Shown here: piece by piece, positions 35,101 to 48,679 of the stretch | Numbering within the stretch: position 1 is the stretch's first letter | Layout: every line of letters begins with the position of its first letter | NCBI GenBank assembly: GCA_976551045.1 | Contig: CDPCPM010000054.1 | Coordinates: 28,334,001 to 28,398,000, forward strand | DNA: 64,000 nucleotides | Direction of reading: 5' to 3' | Source: Glaucostegus cemiculus | Lineage: Eukaryota | Made by a program: the position numbers and the translations under genes | The notes under the pieces: generated by a model | Seen by the model: only the letters and a program-made list of their open reading frames with translations | Told to the model about the DNA's origin: nothing | Databases searched by the model: none

Positions 35101-37444
35101 AGTATTTAATATTAATACGTTATCTAGAAATGTCAACAAATCCCAACTTTCCTCCTTAATTGCTGTTACATGAAATCTTCTCAATAATGCTGTAATTATT
35201 ATTCAAAGATCTATTTAGTTCGCAATTGTAGACGATTGTTATTGGCCGAGTTCTCTATATATTAACTGATTCGCCCGCATCTTTTGTCTTAGCTAAAAAC
35301 ACGTCTAATGGATTTATTTTTAGATGCGGTAATGGGTGAATATCTTGGATGATAGAATTTATTTACAGCTCTAAAAATTTTTTGCAAGGAGAATAGGTAC
35401 TTTTATACCTTTGGGTCAGGAATTTAACATTTGAAGGCAAGTTAGCGACCACAAAAAAACAGCGTTTTTTTTAAAGAAATGCAGGGAATGAATTGGAATA
35501 AATTATCCACATTATTTCGAAAGTGAGTCTTTGTTCTCATTAACATAGGAAATGTTTTGTTGTAATCGTTTGTTTAAACATTTAAGCAATCTGCGCGGTA
35601 AAATGAAATAACTTGCATTTATGTAGCTACTTGGGATATCCCAGAGCCTTTCACAGCCAAGTAAGGATTGAAGTGCAGTCATTGTTGCAATGCACGTAGT
35701 GATTAAGTGATCTGGAAATATTGTCGAACAAGTCAAACAAATTCAATCTATCAACAGGAATTTACACAAGCTAACCTCGTTGCTTTTTGCGTGACGCGTG
35801 ACGAATTATTAGTTGCAGAGTTTACAATGTTTAATGGATTGTATATATTATTTGGTAAATCTATATGTATATACATCTATACATTGTATTGTGTAATGTA
35901 CGTAAAACAGATTAATTGCGCTGCTACAGAGAAAAATAAGAAAATGCGATAGTTGATAATTAGCTGCAAATAGTTAAAACATTTGTGGTACTGTATCAAA
36001 GTAAACCCCCCTCCCCCTCCCCGCTTCCCTTTCCCCCGCCCAACATGCTCCACACTCGCACAGAGCAAAATCCAAACCAGAGGCAGGCAATTTTCACTGC
36101 TCGGAATCCCACCAAGATTTGTGGAAGAATTTCCTTGTCTTCAGGCAAAACAGGCCTTCATAACAGTCGCTTGTCTGCTCTCCATATCCCACAAGAGCTT
36201 TTTTGTTGTATCTAATTCTCTAGGACTGCAGCACAACAAACATTTCCCTTGGCTTAAGGGTAATTTTCGTTTAACAGAAACAAAACAACTATTCATATGG
36301 GCAAGAGGAGGAAGCTGTTATGTATTAATGTTTGCACATTATATAGCATAACAGTTTGCCAGAAGGCTTACCACCAGAGTCGTGGAGCTGCCAAACCATG
36401 CCTCAAACAAATGTCAAAGACTGATTGCACCCTTGCAGATTGCAGTGTAGGTGATTTTTGACCAATTCCCCAATTACGTTCTTCTGTGCCATTAGACCAC
36501 CTTGGGCAGGAGCCAAGAACTGTGTCGATTTCTCACAGGAGCGTTGTTGCTCCTTCGAATCCCAAAGTTGTTATGATTTCATACTTCATTGGTTAAATTG
36601 TTTTTTAGATTATTCTTAAGTAGAAGATTAGACTGAGTGCTTTGTGGTTAGTGACTTGTTCGACTACATTTATTCTGCATGTAATGCAGGGTAGGGTATT
36701 TCTGTTTGTTTGTGACGAAAGCCACACACAAATACATGTGATAACCATATGTCACATCTGGATATGAAGAGACTCTCTTCTTCACTTAAAATTACCTCAC
36801 ACAGACATAATCAAAAGTCGCGATTTTACCTTACCATGGGAGACTCGATTGGCAGCTAGTTACGTATGTTCTTCTTGTTATAGATGATAACACGTTTCCA
36901 ATTTCCGCTAAGTAGTCTCCAGAAGTTCGCTACAAAAATTGCTTAAGTCTGTAACTGCTCCCCGGGAGAGCAGGGTTCGGTTTTAATGCACAATTGTTTT
37001 ATTTATAGTACTCAAAACCGCAGACTTGCAGATAGCATCAGTAAAAACGTCAATTTAGTTCAGCTAAAGTTAACTTGGAAGGCTGGATATTGTTAGTCAA
37101 TCAAACCGTACTCATTTCCCTACATATCTGTGTTTTGGTGACTTGTTATCAGATAATTGAGTTTCTTGTACTGTTATTGTAACTTGAGGGCACTGAAAGT
37201 TTCATGTTGCCGTTTTACATTAAAGCTAACAGTGTGAATCGTCCCGAAGCAAGGGAAAGGGCGCGATGAATTATTAGACCCTGTATCAAAATCGTATTAC
37301 CTGTAAATTAATTACTTAGAATAATCTGAATGTAAACCAGCCAATTAAACACAAGATTTAAAGCATGACATCCTCCCATACACATGACTCCACGTTCCCT
37401 CAATACCCATCTTTGGATGGCTTTGAATTGTACAGCGCTGTTTT

Positions 37445-37760
37445 TTCTTCATCCACGGGATGGGAACAACGCTGGCAACGTCACCTCGCCCCTAATTGCC
37501 CCTAAACTAAGGAGGCAGTTAAGGGTCAAGCGCTTTGGTGGGTCTGAAGTCACATAGACCAGACTCGGTAAGGATGCCGGATTTTTACCCTGAAGTGAAC
37601 CAGATGGGGTTTTAATAAAATACGTACTTCCATAGTTTCCGTTGCTAAATTTATCTTTTCTCTTTAATTCCAAATTTTATTTAATTTCATACCCCACTTG
37701 CTACCCTGAAATGGAACTCATGCCCTGGTTCGATGTTGTACAACTTCAGTTTATGTTCCA
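37445..37760 (-). mobile_element. tRNA-derived SINE (second family)
   Basis: TTCATCCACGGGATGGG..GCCCCTAATTGCCC..GGCAGTTAAGGGTCAA..GTGAACCAGATGGGGTTTT. Confidence 0.7.
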
Positions 37761-38059
37761 GTAATTTATCTACAAGACTGGGGAAACCCAAACTTCAAAC
37801 AGATCCCGCACCAGTCACACGAGGTGTTTCTCGGCTTAAAGGGAGGGGAGACGGAAAGGTTCAAGAATACTAGAAAAAGATGTGGGTTATAGGAGTGAAC
37901 GGCAGTAAATAAAAAGGTAAAAAGGAACTATATATAAACAAGCAATTGGTAATTTTTGCTCTTTCGTGCGAGTTGCTTGGGGAAATGGGCAGAAAAACAG
38001 ATGAATAATTTGTAATTTTCCTGCCTGCTCTACGAGATAAAAGTTCTAGATTAGGATGT

Positions 38060-40250
38060 TGAGACACCGACAGGGAAACGGATCTTGTACTGTACTATGC
38101 AATGAGAAAGATTAATGAATATTCTTCTTGTAAAGGGGCCCCAGGAAAGAATGACCATAATTTGACAGAATTTTACATTACATTTGAATATGATGTAGTT
38201 CAATCCGAGGTAAGTCTTTCAATATAAATAAAGGAACATATGGAGGTATGAAGGGAAAGTTGACCGTGGTAGACTAGGAAATCTACATTAAAGGCTATGA
38301 TAGTCGCTAAGATTTAAAGATTTTTAATTTCAAAAATAAACTTTATTCATAATAAAATATATACAAAAGAACAAACAAATTGCAAAGCTCTTTACATTCT
38401 TGGTGTCTTTTGGTCAATACGTTCATTCTATTTAAATAAATAATCAATTCCTGGCAATGAATATGTGTTCCTGTTAAAGTGCAAAGACATAACAGGATTT
38501 GATTACAGAACAAATTAAAGATAACATTAAACCTAACAAAAGGCTTATAAAATTGCATGAAGAAGCATGAAGCCTGGGGATTGTGAGCATTTTAGAATTT
38601 AGCAAAGAGTGGATGAGAAATTACTTTTTAAAGGGGGAAATAAGGTATGAGAGCAAGTTAGTAAGAAACCAAAAACAAAACAGACTAAGAATTTCTATGA
38701 GTGCGTAAAAAGGAAAATATTACTGAATGCCAGTGTGGATCACTTACTGGCACAGATGGGAAATTTTATAATGGGTAAAAAGGAAAGGGAAGGGAAGTAT
38801 TGGAAGAAGACGCAAAAAATACATTCTCGAGAACTGAGGATCCAGCGCCACTGAAGACATAAAAGAAACAAATATTAATAAAACAACTATTGTAGAAGTT
38901 AATGAGCCTGAAAACAGGTAGATCTCAAGTGCTTGATCTACATTCAAGAGTTTTGAAAGAAGTAGCCATGGGGATAATAAAGGCTCTGATATTCATCCTC
39001 CAGATTCCCAGAGATTCTGGAAGGTTCCTGCAGCAAGTGTGGCCTCATTATTTAAGAAGTGAGGGAGAGACAAAATAGGGATCTATTGCCTTGTTAGCTT
39101 GATATTGCTTTTGGAGAAATTGCTTGAATTTTTTAAAAGGTGTGTGATATCAAGACAGTTACAAAATAATAATATGATTAAACAAAATTGATACAGATTA
39201 ATAAAAGAGAAATCACATTTGATGAGTCCATTGAACTTCTTGAGGATGTATCTAGTAGGGTGGATGAAGGGAGATCAGTGGATGTGGTATACTTGTAAGT
39301 TCAGAAAACAAGAAATAAGATTCCATACAGGAGGTTGATGAACAAGATTAAAGCCCATAGACTTGGGCTCTATAGACCACACCTGGAGATTAAGAGTTGG
39401 TTGGCAAAGAGAAAACAGAATAATAAACATGTACATCTTGGATTAGCAGACTGTAATTAGTGGGTAGTGCAAAGTTTGATGCTTGGGCCCCAAATATTTA
39501 TAATCTGTATTTATGATTGGAAGGGACTGAATATAACATACCCAAGTTTGCTGATGAAAAGCAGGAATGTGAGAAGTCTTAAGAGGCTTATGGGGAATAT
39601 AGACAAGTTGCGTGAGCTAGCAACAACATAGCAGATAGAGTTCAATGTGGAAAAATGTGGCATGATCCATTTAGATACACAACCAGAGTGTAAATTATGA
39701 GACTTTGAGAGAATTTGATGGTCAAAGGGACATGCGTGTCCTTGTACATAAGGCACTGAAAGCTAACATTGAGGTGTATCAGGCAATTAGGAAGGCAAAT
39801 TGTATGATGGTCTTTATTACTAGAGGATTTAAGTGCAAGAGTGCTGATCTCATACTGCTATTATACAAACCCTTGCTGAGACCACACCTGGAGTATTGTG
39901 CACAACTTTCATCTCCTTACCTACACAATAAAAAATGGTATAGAGGAAATTCAGCCACGATTTACCGAACTATTTCCCGATGTGGTACATCTGTCACATA
40001 ACGAGAGATCAAGTGGGCTGGTTCTCTATTCCTCCAAGTTCAAAAGAATGAGAGATGATTTAATTGAAATGTATTTCTAATTGAAATATATTGAATTTAA
40101 AATATAGATCAATAGATTTCTGGAAATAAACGATTCGAGGGTAATGTGGGTAACGCAGAAAAAAGTTTCATGAAGTGGAAAATCAACCACTGAATGGCAG
40201 AGCAGACCAGAGGGGCTGAATGGACGACTTCAGCTCCTCCGTCTTTATTC
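38060..40250 (+). mobile_element. Long degraded CR1 LINE ORF2 plus 3'UTR
   Basis: RT motifs in order: VDEGRSVDVVYL, KFADE, QIEFNVEKC, LLRPHLEYCAQL, KRMRDDLIEMY; tail TGAATGGCAGAGCAGACCAGAGGGGCTGAATGG. Confidence 0.88.
38320..38450 (-). mobile_element. L1/Tx1 3' tail inserted into the CR1
   Basis: TTTCAAAAATAAACTTTATTCATAATAAAATATATACAAA, matching the 15.7 kb tail. Confidence 0.6.
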
Positions 40251-41899
40251 CTTTTTGTCCTTTTGCTTTCACCACGCCGTTAAATATTGTTCATTTTCTA
40301 TTTATCAATGATTTAAAGTAGTTTCAGCAGTATCATTAAATTGATTTAAATAGTGCCATTAGCAGTAAGGTTTCTACTGCACATAGGAAGGGAAAACATC
40401 TTCGAACTTCAGTTAATCTATCCCAGTAGACAAGGTCATGACAGAACCACGTGCAAAAATATTGATGATATTACTTTCGGACTTAAATTTCATAGTAGGT
40501 CTGTTCGACCCCAGTTTTTAAAAAGGCCATTGTTTCTGTCATATTAGATGCCAAGAATATGACAGACGTCAGTTGATGACAAACTGATGACTCGGAAGTG
40601 ACAGAGTTTATCTCTGGGTCAATTGAAAGGAAAGTGGTGGCAATCAATGAGGCAAGTGAACAGGGTGGAAATAGTCACCTTCTCTGCAGCTACAAAGTTC
40701 TGCACAGGAAAATCTGCACAGTCAAAAAATATCCTTAACTAAAACCACAGCCAAAAATGCCACAAGATAATTGTTCCTTCCTGGAAGATTATTTTTCGAT
40801 ATCCATTTTAATCATAAAAATATGTAAAAAGATCCGTGCTTTACTTGTAATCCAGATTCTACTGATATATAATACTTTACATGTACCCTTTAATCCCCTG
40901 TTCCCGATAATTCAAGCAGTTTTGTTTTTACAAAACCTTAAAATGGCGCCGATGTGGCAAAAGGTTATTTATTTATTTAATTTCAAATGTTCTGAATAAT
41001 GTATGAAAACAAAGAGTGCATTAGAATGTTACAAATCAGTTCAAATAATCTTAAACGAAATTTCCTTTACAAAATTAATATTTTAAGGACCATGGCTCAG
41101 CGACCGTTACAAACTCTTTAATGCTTGTAGATATATATATGTTCCTGCAAATAAACGGCCTAATTGATGTCGAATTCCTGTGTTCCACATGCACACGCAC
41201 ACGGGCGAGAACTCAGATTATTCGGATCCTATTGATTTACACGATTATTCTGAGGCGCTTTTATCTCATTGTCAAGTTTGAATTCTGCCGCCTGTGTATT
41301 AAAATCATACACTTGTTCATAGCGCATTTGCAGTTGGCTTCTTCGGGCTTCAAATTTAAAGGGCAAATAAATAGAGACAGAAAATGAACTGCAAAACTAC
41401 ACTGTATGAATCGTATGCTAAAACCTTGTAAGTTCTTCTTATGAAAAGAAGAATCTCCCATCTTAATATCGAACTAAACAAACAATGCATGTTTAAATTA
41501 AACAACAAATCGAATATACCACAACTGATTTCTCATTGTAAAGACAACCTCGCACACTAATAATGTATGATACTATTGTGTAATGTCTCGGTTAATTGAA
41601 GGTAGCTACTTTTGTGATTTGAAAACACTGTAGCTTTTAGACTCTGGGTATTGTAAAGTTCACTCATGTTTTGATTCACCTTTGCCCTGACCTCGTATTA
41701 AACAATGGCTTTCTGGGTATACTAAATGACCACGTCTTGCCGTCTTTGCCAAATTAATGAGACCATGTCATTTTAAGTTTACAGTTCAGCCATGGATCAG
41801 CCAAGTGGAAAAACGAGTCAAGGGCTGTTAAGGAGCCTCGCGCAACGTTCAGAAGAGATTCTCCTCCCCTCCCCCAGACTTGTCTTTCTCTCGCTCGCT

Positions 41900-42002
41900 A
41901 AATCAATCAATCCATCAATCTATCTATTTATCTATCTATCTTTATATCCGTATATCTGTCTATCATCTATCTATTTATCTATCTTTCTATCATCGATCTA
42001 TC
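41900..42002 (+). repeat. Imperfect (TCTA)n / GATA microsatellite next to an assembly gap
   Basis: TCTATCTATC-type units are directly visible up to the N-run. Confidence 0.9.
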
Positions 42003-42156
42003 NNNNNNNNNNNNNNNNNNNNNNNNNNNNNNNNNNNNNNNNNNNNNNNNNNNNNNNNNNNNNNNNNNNNNNNNNNNNNNNNNNNNNNNNNNNNNNNNNN
42101 NNNNNNNNNNNNNNNNNNNNNNNNNNNNNNNNNNNNNNNNNNNNNNNNNNNNNNNN
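42003..42156. other. Assembly gap (154 N)
   Basis: Run of N. Confidence 1.
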
Positions 42157-43404
42157 TTTGCTTTTCTTTTGTGGTTTTTCTGTCTCGGTTCATTTCACCC
42201 AGCTGCCCCGCCCCGCTTTGCACTCTGGCTATCTCTATATCGCTTCTCACGCACAGAGCCTGTCCTCAAACCTTTCGCTTTTATCTCCCATTCCTCTGTC
42301 CCCTATTCTACTTTATCTGCTTCTTAACTTCTTCCACTGTCCCCCAGTCTGCTTTGCGGCTCAAGTATAAATTATTGGTGTTTCCTGTCATCTTTTTTCA
42401 GAAAACGCGGTTCCTTTCTCGTTATATTCGCTTGAATGTTCTCATTGAAATCTAGCCCTTGCTATTGCTCTCCCAGGGTGTTTAAAATTCACAGAACGGT
42501 AGATACAGACCAGTAGGAAATATCCGCCTATCGAATTCACGCCGAAGTCTTACTCCAACTGTACCTTGTCTATATTTGTGTAGCTCTCGGAGCAGTTTGT
42601 GAAATTAAACAATTAAAGACAACGTAAACATCAAGCTCTCGGAATGAATCGGCTCCGTCGCTGCGAAGTCAAGATGTTTTAATTTTAACTTGTACAGTTA
42701 ATGGAACAAAGAATCTAAAAATGTGTTCGGCCAGACTTCACACAAATTGGACAAGTGTCTGATGTGAATTTAAAGCAGTCGCGGTCCTCACACTCTTCAT
42801 CTAGTGTTACCTATAGCTGGTGTCTATAGAGCAGGGCTGTTTCGTGCGATATAGTATTCAAGTGCATGTGAGTTTTGATGTGTTTATTTTCACGATCACA
42901 TTGTGAAGTTGTGTCTATCTGGCATATAGATCATAAAGCACTGAAATAGTTAAAATCATACACTCTCACTTGGGACTCTGTAATTGTTTCAGCTTGCAAT
43001 AGCTTTTCTTTTTTTCGAAAATATTAAACTGTCGTGGTAGCCCATTTTCAACATCCTTTGGTGTATTCAGATATTCAGATTCATGCCTCGTTGAATTTGA
43101 ACTTGGAGGAAATACCGGTTTCGTTGGTGGGGGCACTTGGCTAGAAATGACCTTGATAAAATAGGGTTCTGTAAATTTTAACCATTAAATTCTTCAGGCT
43201 CTCTGACCTCGAACTGCCTCATGGATTGAGAGTTTTGCTTTTTGGTTTGTGTTAAACATTTCAGCTCCTCAGTACCTAGCAACGTTTTAAAGTAAAGGAA
43301 TCAAAGCAAATCCCAGACCTTAGTGTTCATAAATGTCAATAATGCAGTTACACGGAAGTTTTCCACACCCTTGATGTTATGAGGCCGATATTCCTTATTG
43401 TCTG

Positions 43405-43640
43405 ACCTCACAATCTACCTCGTTGTGACTTTGCACCTTATTGTCTACTTGCACTGCACTTTCTCTGTAGCTATGACACTTTTCTCTGTACTGTTATTGT
43501 TTTTACCTGTACTACCACAATGCACTCTGTACTAACTGAATGTAACGGCACTGTGTAATGAATTGACCTGTACGGTCGGTTTCTAAGACAAGCTTTTCAC
43601 TGTACCTCAGTGCAAGTGACAATAATAAACCAATACCAAT
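43405..43640 (+). mobile_element. Rex1/Babar-type LINE 3'UTR fragment
   Basis: CTCACAATCTACCTCG..GCTTTTCACTGTACCTCAGTGCAAGTGACAATAATAAACCAATACC, the same tail as 52390-52600. Confidence 0.75.
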
Positions 43641-43784
43641 ACTCAATGGATGCATGAGGGCAGACCGTGCTCAATGTGAGTGGCAACTTGGGTTGAGGTT
43701 ATATCAATCAGCTCCTATGGCGATTTTGATCCCGCTGTGGGAGAGGGACTTCCAGTTGGTCGGTGGTTTATGAAACGTTGACTA

Positions 43785-44110
43785 TCCCTTTGCCTCCACA
43801 GATGCTGCTCGATCCGCTGAGTTTCTTCAGCGGTTTGCTCTTTTTGCTCCATTTGGTTGTTTGGGGGTTTACGCCACAATATGTGGAAGAGTTATAGCAA
43901 TATGTGTCTCAGTGTAGATATCAATAGTTGTGTTACTGTATGTTTGACGGGGGTATCTGCAAGGGATTGCATTTGTGGAGACACAAGAGACTGCAGATGC
44001 TGGAATCTGGAGCAACAAACAATCTGCTGGAGGAACTCAGCGGGTCAGGCAGCATCTGTGAGGGGAAAGGAATTGTCGACGTTTTGGGTGGAAAACCTGC
44101 ACCAGGACCC
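43785..44110. mobile_element. Two oppositely oriented Penelope-derived terminal repeats
   Basis: CACAGATGCTGCTCGATCCGCTGAGTTTC (+, ~43797) and GGAACTCAGCGGGTCAGGCAGCATCTGTG (-, ~44032). Confidence 0.75.
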
Positions 44111-44229
44111 TTCATTGTATAGGAGGAGTTGGTTCACTCCGTTAGCTTAAGAGTTGGTGTGGGGGAATTGGATCACTCTGTGTGTGAGACAGTTGGATCA
44201 GTGTGTGTGTGTGTGTACCACTGTATACA

Positions 44230-45260
44230 TGACCTTCTGAAGCAGTACCTCGGGGTTGAGCATGACCTGCTTCCATTGTAATTCTGTGAAGATAAGACGT
44301 GGCTGACGGAGCCAACACGAGATGTACGGACTCTGCCAGGAGCGGGGCAGCAGGTTCCTGAAGGGGCAGGGCGTGGATGGCTCGTATAGCAGGTGGTGCT
44401 CTCCTTAACATTGGCATTCCACGTGCTTCGGACAAACGAACAGATTCTCCGTGCCAGGTCAGACTCTCCCTCTCCATGTCGTGAGGTCAGGGCCAAAGAC
44501 GTCAACGAGTTGAAAGGGATGTTACTTGTTTTTCCACGAAGGTTTTGAGGATATTCGTGTTTCCTCTGTCTGCCCGGGACCCTCTTGTTGTGACAGAGCT
44601 TGAGGCAGGATGTCTTCCCCGGGATCTGGCGTGAGGCAAGCTGACAACGTGGCCTGCACGCAGGAGCCGGCTGAATGCAAATGGACCTCCGTGCGGGGGA
44701 TGTGGGTCTGGGAAAGGGTCTACCCTGCCAGAGGATTTGGGGGGACTTGTGAAGGAAAGCCAGTGAAATCACCTCAGGGACTTGCTGCTTGTAGGTAACG
44801 TAACCACGGACAGAACCACATGTGTTGAAACGCGACACAACACCAGCGCTCGAAAATAAAGATCCACCAAGAAAACTCAGGAGCCACCACTCAATGGAAG
44901 TCACCATCTCCCTCAGGGCGCCAGCACAACTTTTGTCCATGAGAAGGAAAGAGAAATCCCTGTCAGTGTGTGTGCTTCCTGCGAGCGTGGTGCATGGTAG
45001 TGGAAGTGTAGCATCTCCAGCGTGGACGTTGAATCATTGTGTTGTGTGTGATTGCTGGGGCGGGGGGTGCATTGTATTACTTCGCGTGGGAGGAGCGTTC
45101 TTCAGACGGTGGAAGGGAAGTCCTGTCCCTGTGTGGGATGGGGGTGAGGGCACCATTCCGTGTATGTCCCCCTTCGGAAATTAGTGGGCATTTTTGTCAC
45201 AACGTGCATGTGGTAGAGGGGGATTTCATCGCCAGGTGTAACGCTGTATCGTTTGTGGTA
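44230..45260 (-). mobile_element. L1/Tx1-clade ORF2 remnant (end of RT to zinc-knuckle region)
   Basis: Across frames: EWWLLSFLGGSL (Tx1 W..RSLS..GK.L), LTSRH..DLARRI (LTNRHQDLAW) and CP..EC..HLLYE (C-terminal CCHC region). Confidence 0.55.
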
Positions 45261-46454
45261 TAGTGGATCATATCAGTGTGTGTTACACATTATATCAGGG
45301 TTGCTGTTTCACAAGTTTTGTAAGGGACTTTATTATTTTGTGCCCAGGGAGATGTCACATTGTTTGTGAGAGATGTATGGAGTTGTATCACTGCGTGTGG
45401 ACGTGGTTATAAAACGGTGCGGCTGTATAGCACTCGGTGTTAGGGAGTAGCTGTATCATTGTGTGCGTGTGTATGAGAGAAGGGAGATGGTGGCATTGTT
45501 CAATTGCGCTGTGTGGGGGATGGGGGATGTTGAACTACCGTGTGTGAAGGGCTGTATCAGGAGAGGTTGTGAAACTGCTTAGAGAGGAGTATTCCGCTGA
45601 GTGTTTGTGTGAATATGTGCTCACGGGAAGGTGCTCTGAGCTGGGGAGGCGGCAGTGACCCAGACACGACAAGCGATATTGTAGGACAATGGCAGATTGA
45701 AAAAATTTGACCGATTTGCACTTTCCACAGAATAGCCAATTATTAAGTAAGAATAAATAACAGCTAAGCCGTATTGAACCAGATGCTTTAAAATAACATG
45801 TAGTTATTAACCAATCTGGAAATACATTTCTGGCTGCTTGTTTTGATAAAAAATAAATCAAAATGCAATTCTCGGGCAAGAAATCCCACCTCTGTGAGTC
45901 CCGTTGACCTCGGCTGAGTACTCAGGAAAGGAAGGAAGGATTTGACCCATAACAATTCGAGAATTAGGACCTTTTTCTTGAGAATTCGTTGGTAATGTAA
46001 AAAACTACGCAAGTATTTCCCCATGGAGCCTATACTAATTTACTCATAATGTTTAAATATCGGTCTACGCAAACTTAATAAGGTGTTTTATTTCTCTCTA
46101 AATACATCCTGGCGAAGTCTTTACGTGAATGTTTGATCTAAATTCAAACGCAACGCGTTAACAATCGCATTAATCTACCACAAATAACGACATAAAGATG
46201 CAGGCACAAAAAACTTATGAAAATTTATTTATAATGAATTAATAAAATGAACTAATTGAATCACATTCTTCGAAGACGCTGGATTTCATTGTCATTTATG
46301 ATATAACTCGTAAAATTCTGAACTACTCTGGTGCCTCCGCGGTACTGTGTTATTTTCTACTTCTGTCTGTGAATATCCGTATGTTTGTGAACGTCCCAAT
46401 TTATGGATTGTTAGTGCCTAAGAATGTGATTGGACCGCCTTGCTGAACGAACTA

Positions 46455-46595
46455 GAGACGCAAGAGACCTCAGATACTGGAACCAAAGAGCAAAAGATAA
46501 CATGATGCCGGAACACGATCCGAAATGTCGACCATCACTGCCTCCACAGATGCTGCTCGACCCTCTGAGTTCTTCCAGTATTTTATCTTTTGTTT
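46455..46595. mobile_element. Short hairpin-type Penelope-derived repeat
   Basis: CAGATACTGGAACC.. and CCACAGATGCTGCTCGACCCTCTGAGTTCTTCCAG in inverted arrangement. Confidence 0.65.
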
Positions 46596-48679
46596 CCGAA
46601 TGAACTGTCTATTGAACCCCACCGTTATTTTTTCTTCTCATCAATTTTAAAACGTTTTAATAAGAAATGTGAAGTTTTAGCCTGGTTAGAAGTTCAATAA
46701 CACAAACTCACATATATCTGTTCTTTATCAAAATGTTCCGAATTTCTATGAATTGCGCAGTGGAGTACATTCCTTTCAATAACTTGCTAAGTCTTAACAA
46801 GACTACAAAGGCATTAGTAATGCATTCATAGAAAAGAACGTTGAGAATCTGGAATCTTGCTAGCCGATTAACTAACTTTTTAAGTTACATTCAAAAATAA
46901 ATACCCTTTCCAAATCACTTAAATGAGAAAATATATTGCAGTGATCTTAATGAATGAACTAACAAACACACCCAATGACCCAGGAATACTTCTCCTATTC
47001 AAACCTTAGAGTCCAAAGTCTTTCGTTCCCCACTGTTAGTTGCCATCTGCCTTTTTAAACCCGCTTTCATCTGTAAAGTTTGTCCTGAGTTTTTGTAAAT
47101 GTTTTCGTTAATTACTAACTTGGTTTTTAAATGTTCTCCTCTAGTCTGCAGGGAGATATTCCATCATTCTGCAATTATGAGACCTGTGAACTCACCCGTC
47201 AGGGAGGATTTTTTTCCTTCCTTATTAATGATCTGAACCATCAAAGTGACCTTTTATTTCAGCTTATGCTCAATCGCCATATGTGAGAAAATTGTACCCA
47301 CAGGAATTCTGATACACAGCAAGCCCGAGCAAAAAAAAAGTATAAAAAGTTGCTTAGGGGTATAAATGTTTACACAAGGATACACTGGCCAGTGGATCTA
47401 TGGACAAAAACATAACCATTACATTTTATTGTTCTGAAGTAGATGTACACGAGCTACTTGTCAAATTTCTTTTTGGACATTTCTACCCATGATGCTTCAT
47501 CAGTACCTACATGTTAAAGTACTTCCTATGAAGTTTGAGTTTGGCTCATTTAATAGTTCCTTCATTGTTGAAATGTTATTAAATTTAATTCATCCTATTT
47601 TGAAAAAGCAACGGAAATGCAAGAACACAATGAAGCTAAGGTGTAGAGGTAATTACATCGTGGTTACCAGTATTCTTGCATTCATGGAGTATTATAGCAA
47701 TATTCAATAACATTTAAGCATGACTGGCTCTTGCTTGGTTCATAAATAATACATATTTGTAACCAAATACTTGAAATCTAAAATGTATACCTGAAAACTT
47801 CCTTTAGTTCTGTGGATGTGATACAAGGTTTCTGTGTAACTAATCACTGTTAGCAGGGAATCAAGCCAGCAGTAACATTATACATGTGTGCGTGTGTTTA
47901 GAATTTTGATTATACAACATAAATTCCATAAGACGGGTTCAGTTTGGTTTAAAAGGTTACATATCGTTCACACGGCCACAGAAATGTATAATGTTTCCGT
48001 TTCGATTTTGATGTGGTCACTACAGCTTTAAAGCTTTAAAAAGTCATGTAAAATGCAGTAACAAGTTGTGGCAGTTTTAAAGGAGGTAGTTGCCCTTTTC
48101 CACAGGCACAATAAAACATGGACTTGCCCGCTCTGGATAATAGCAGAAGGGAATATTACAGGTGTAGGTGACATCAAAGGAAGGGTTTATACATTAAAGA
48201 TTAACTGGATTATTTGCTCGCCCATTATTGGGAATTGTCAATTGTGTTGAGTGAGCTGCACTAAAAGGCAAATAGTATTCCATTTCCGTGCCTTCTAAAG
48301 TCGTCTACGCTCAGTGCAAAACGTAAAAGATTCGGTCACTTTGAAAAGGCTGAGTTTGCTTTGGATGCACACATTTTATGCACAAAGGGATTGTTCTGAA
48401 TTTTTATAGTGATTAACCTCAACTAGATAAGAACTGCAATCTTACCTCGCCAGGGGAGTGAGAATCTTTGGTTTCTGGTTATCTTACAAAATTCTACTTG
48501 TCCTTACATTGGCTGGCTGAATGAAGTCATTGGCGTTCTGTCAATGGCGTTTGGAAATTTGTCCAAAGCAAAGAATCAGGATCAGCTCTCCTGTACTCCC
48601 TACAGAGTGTGCTGAGCTCCGGTGTCACCCGCAAAAAAGGCTACTTTGTCGCGCGGTTGAAGGCATTCCACCGCAATCC

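Noticed and set aside
41792-42455. ORFs of 191-192 aa
   Set aside because: Artefacts of the microsatellite plus the N-gap.
44173-44940. Longest ORF (255 aa) as a host gene
   Set aside because: It is a partly off-frame reading of a GC-rich Tx1/L1 remnant.
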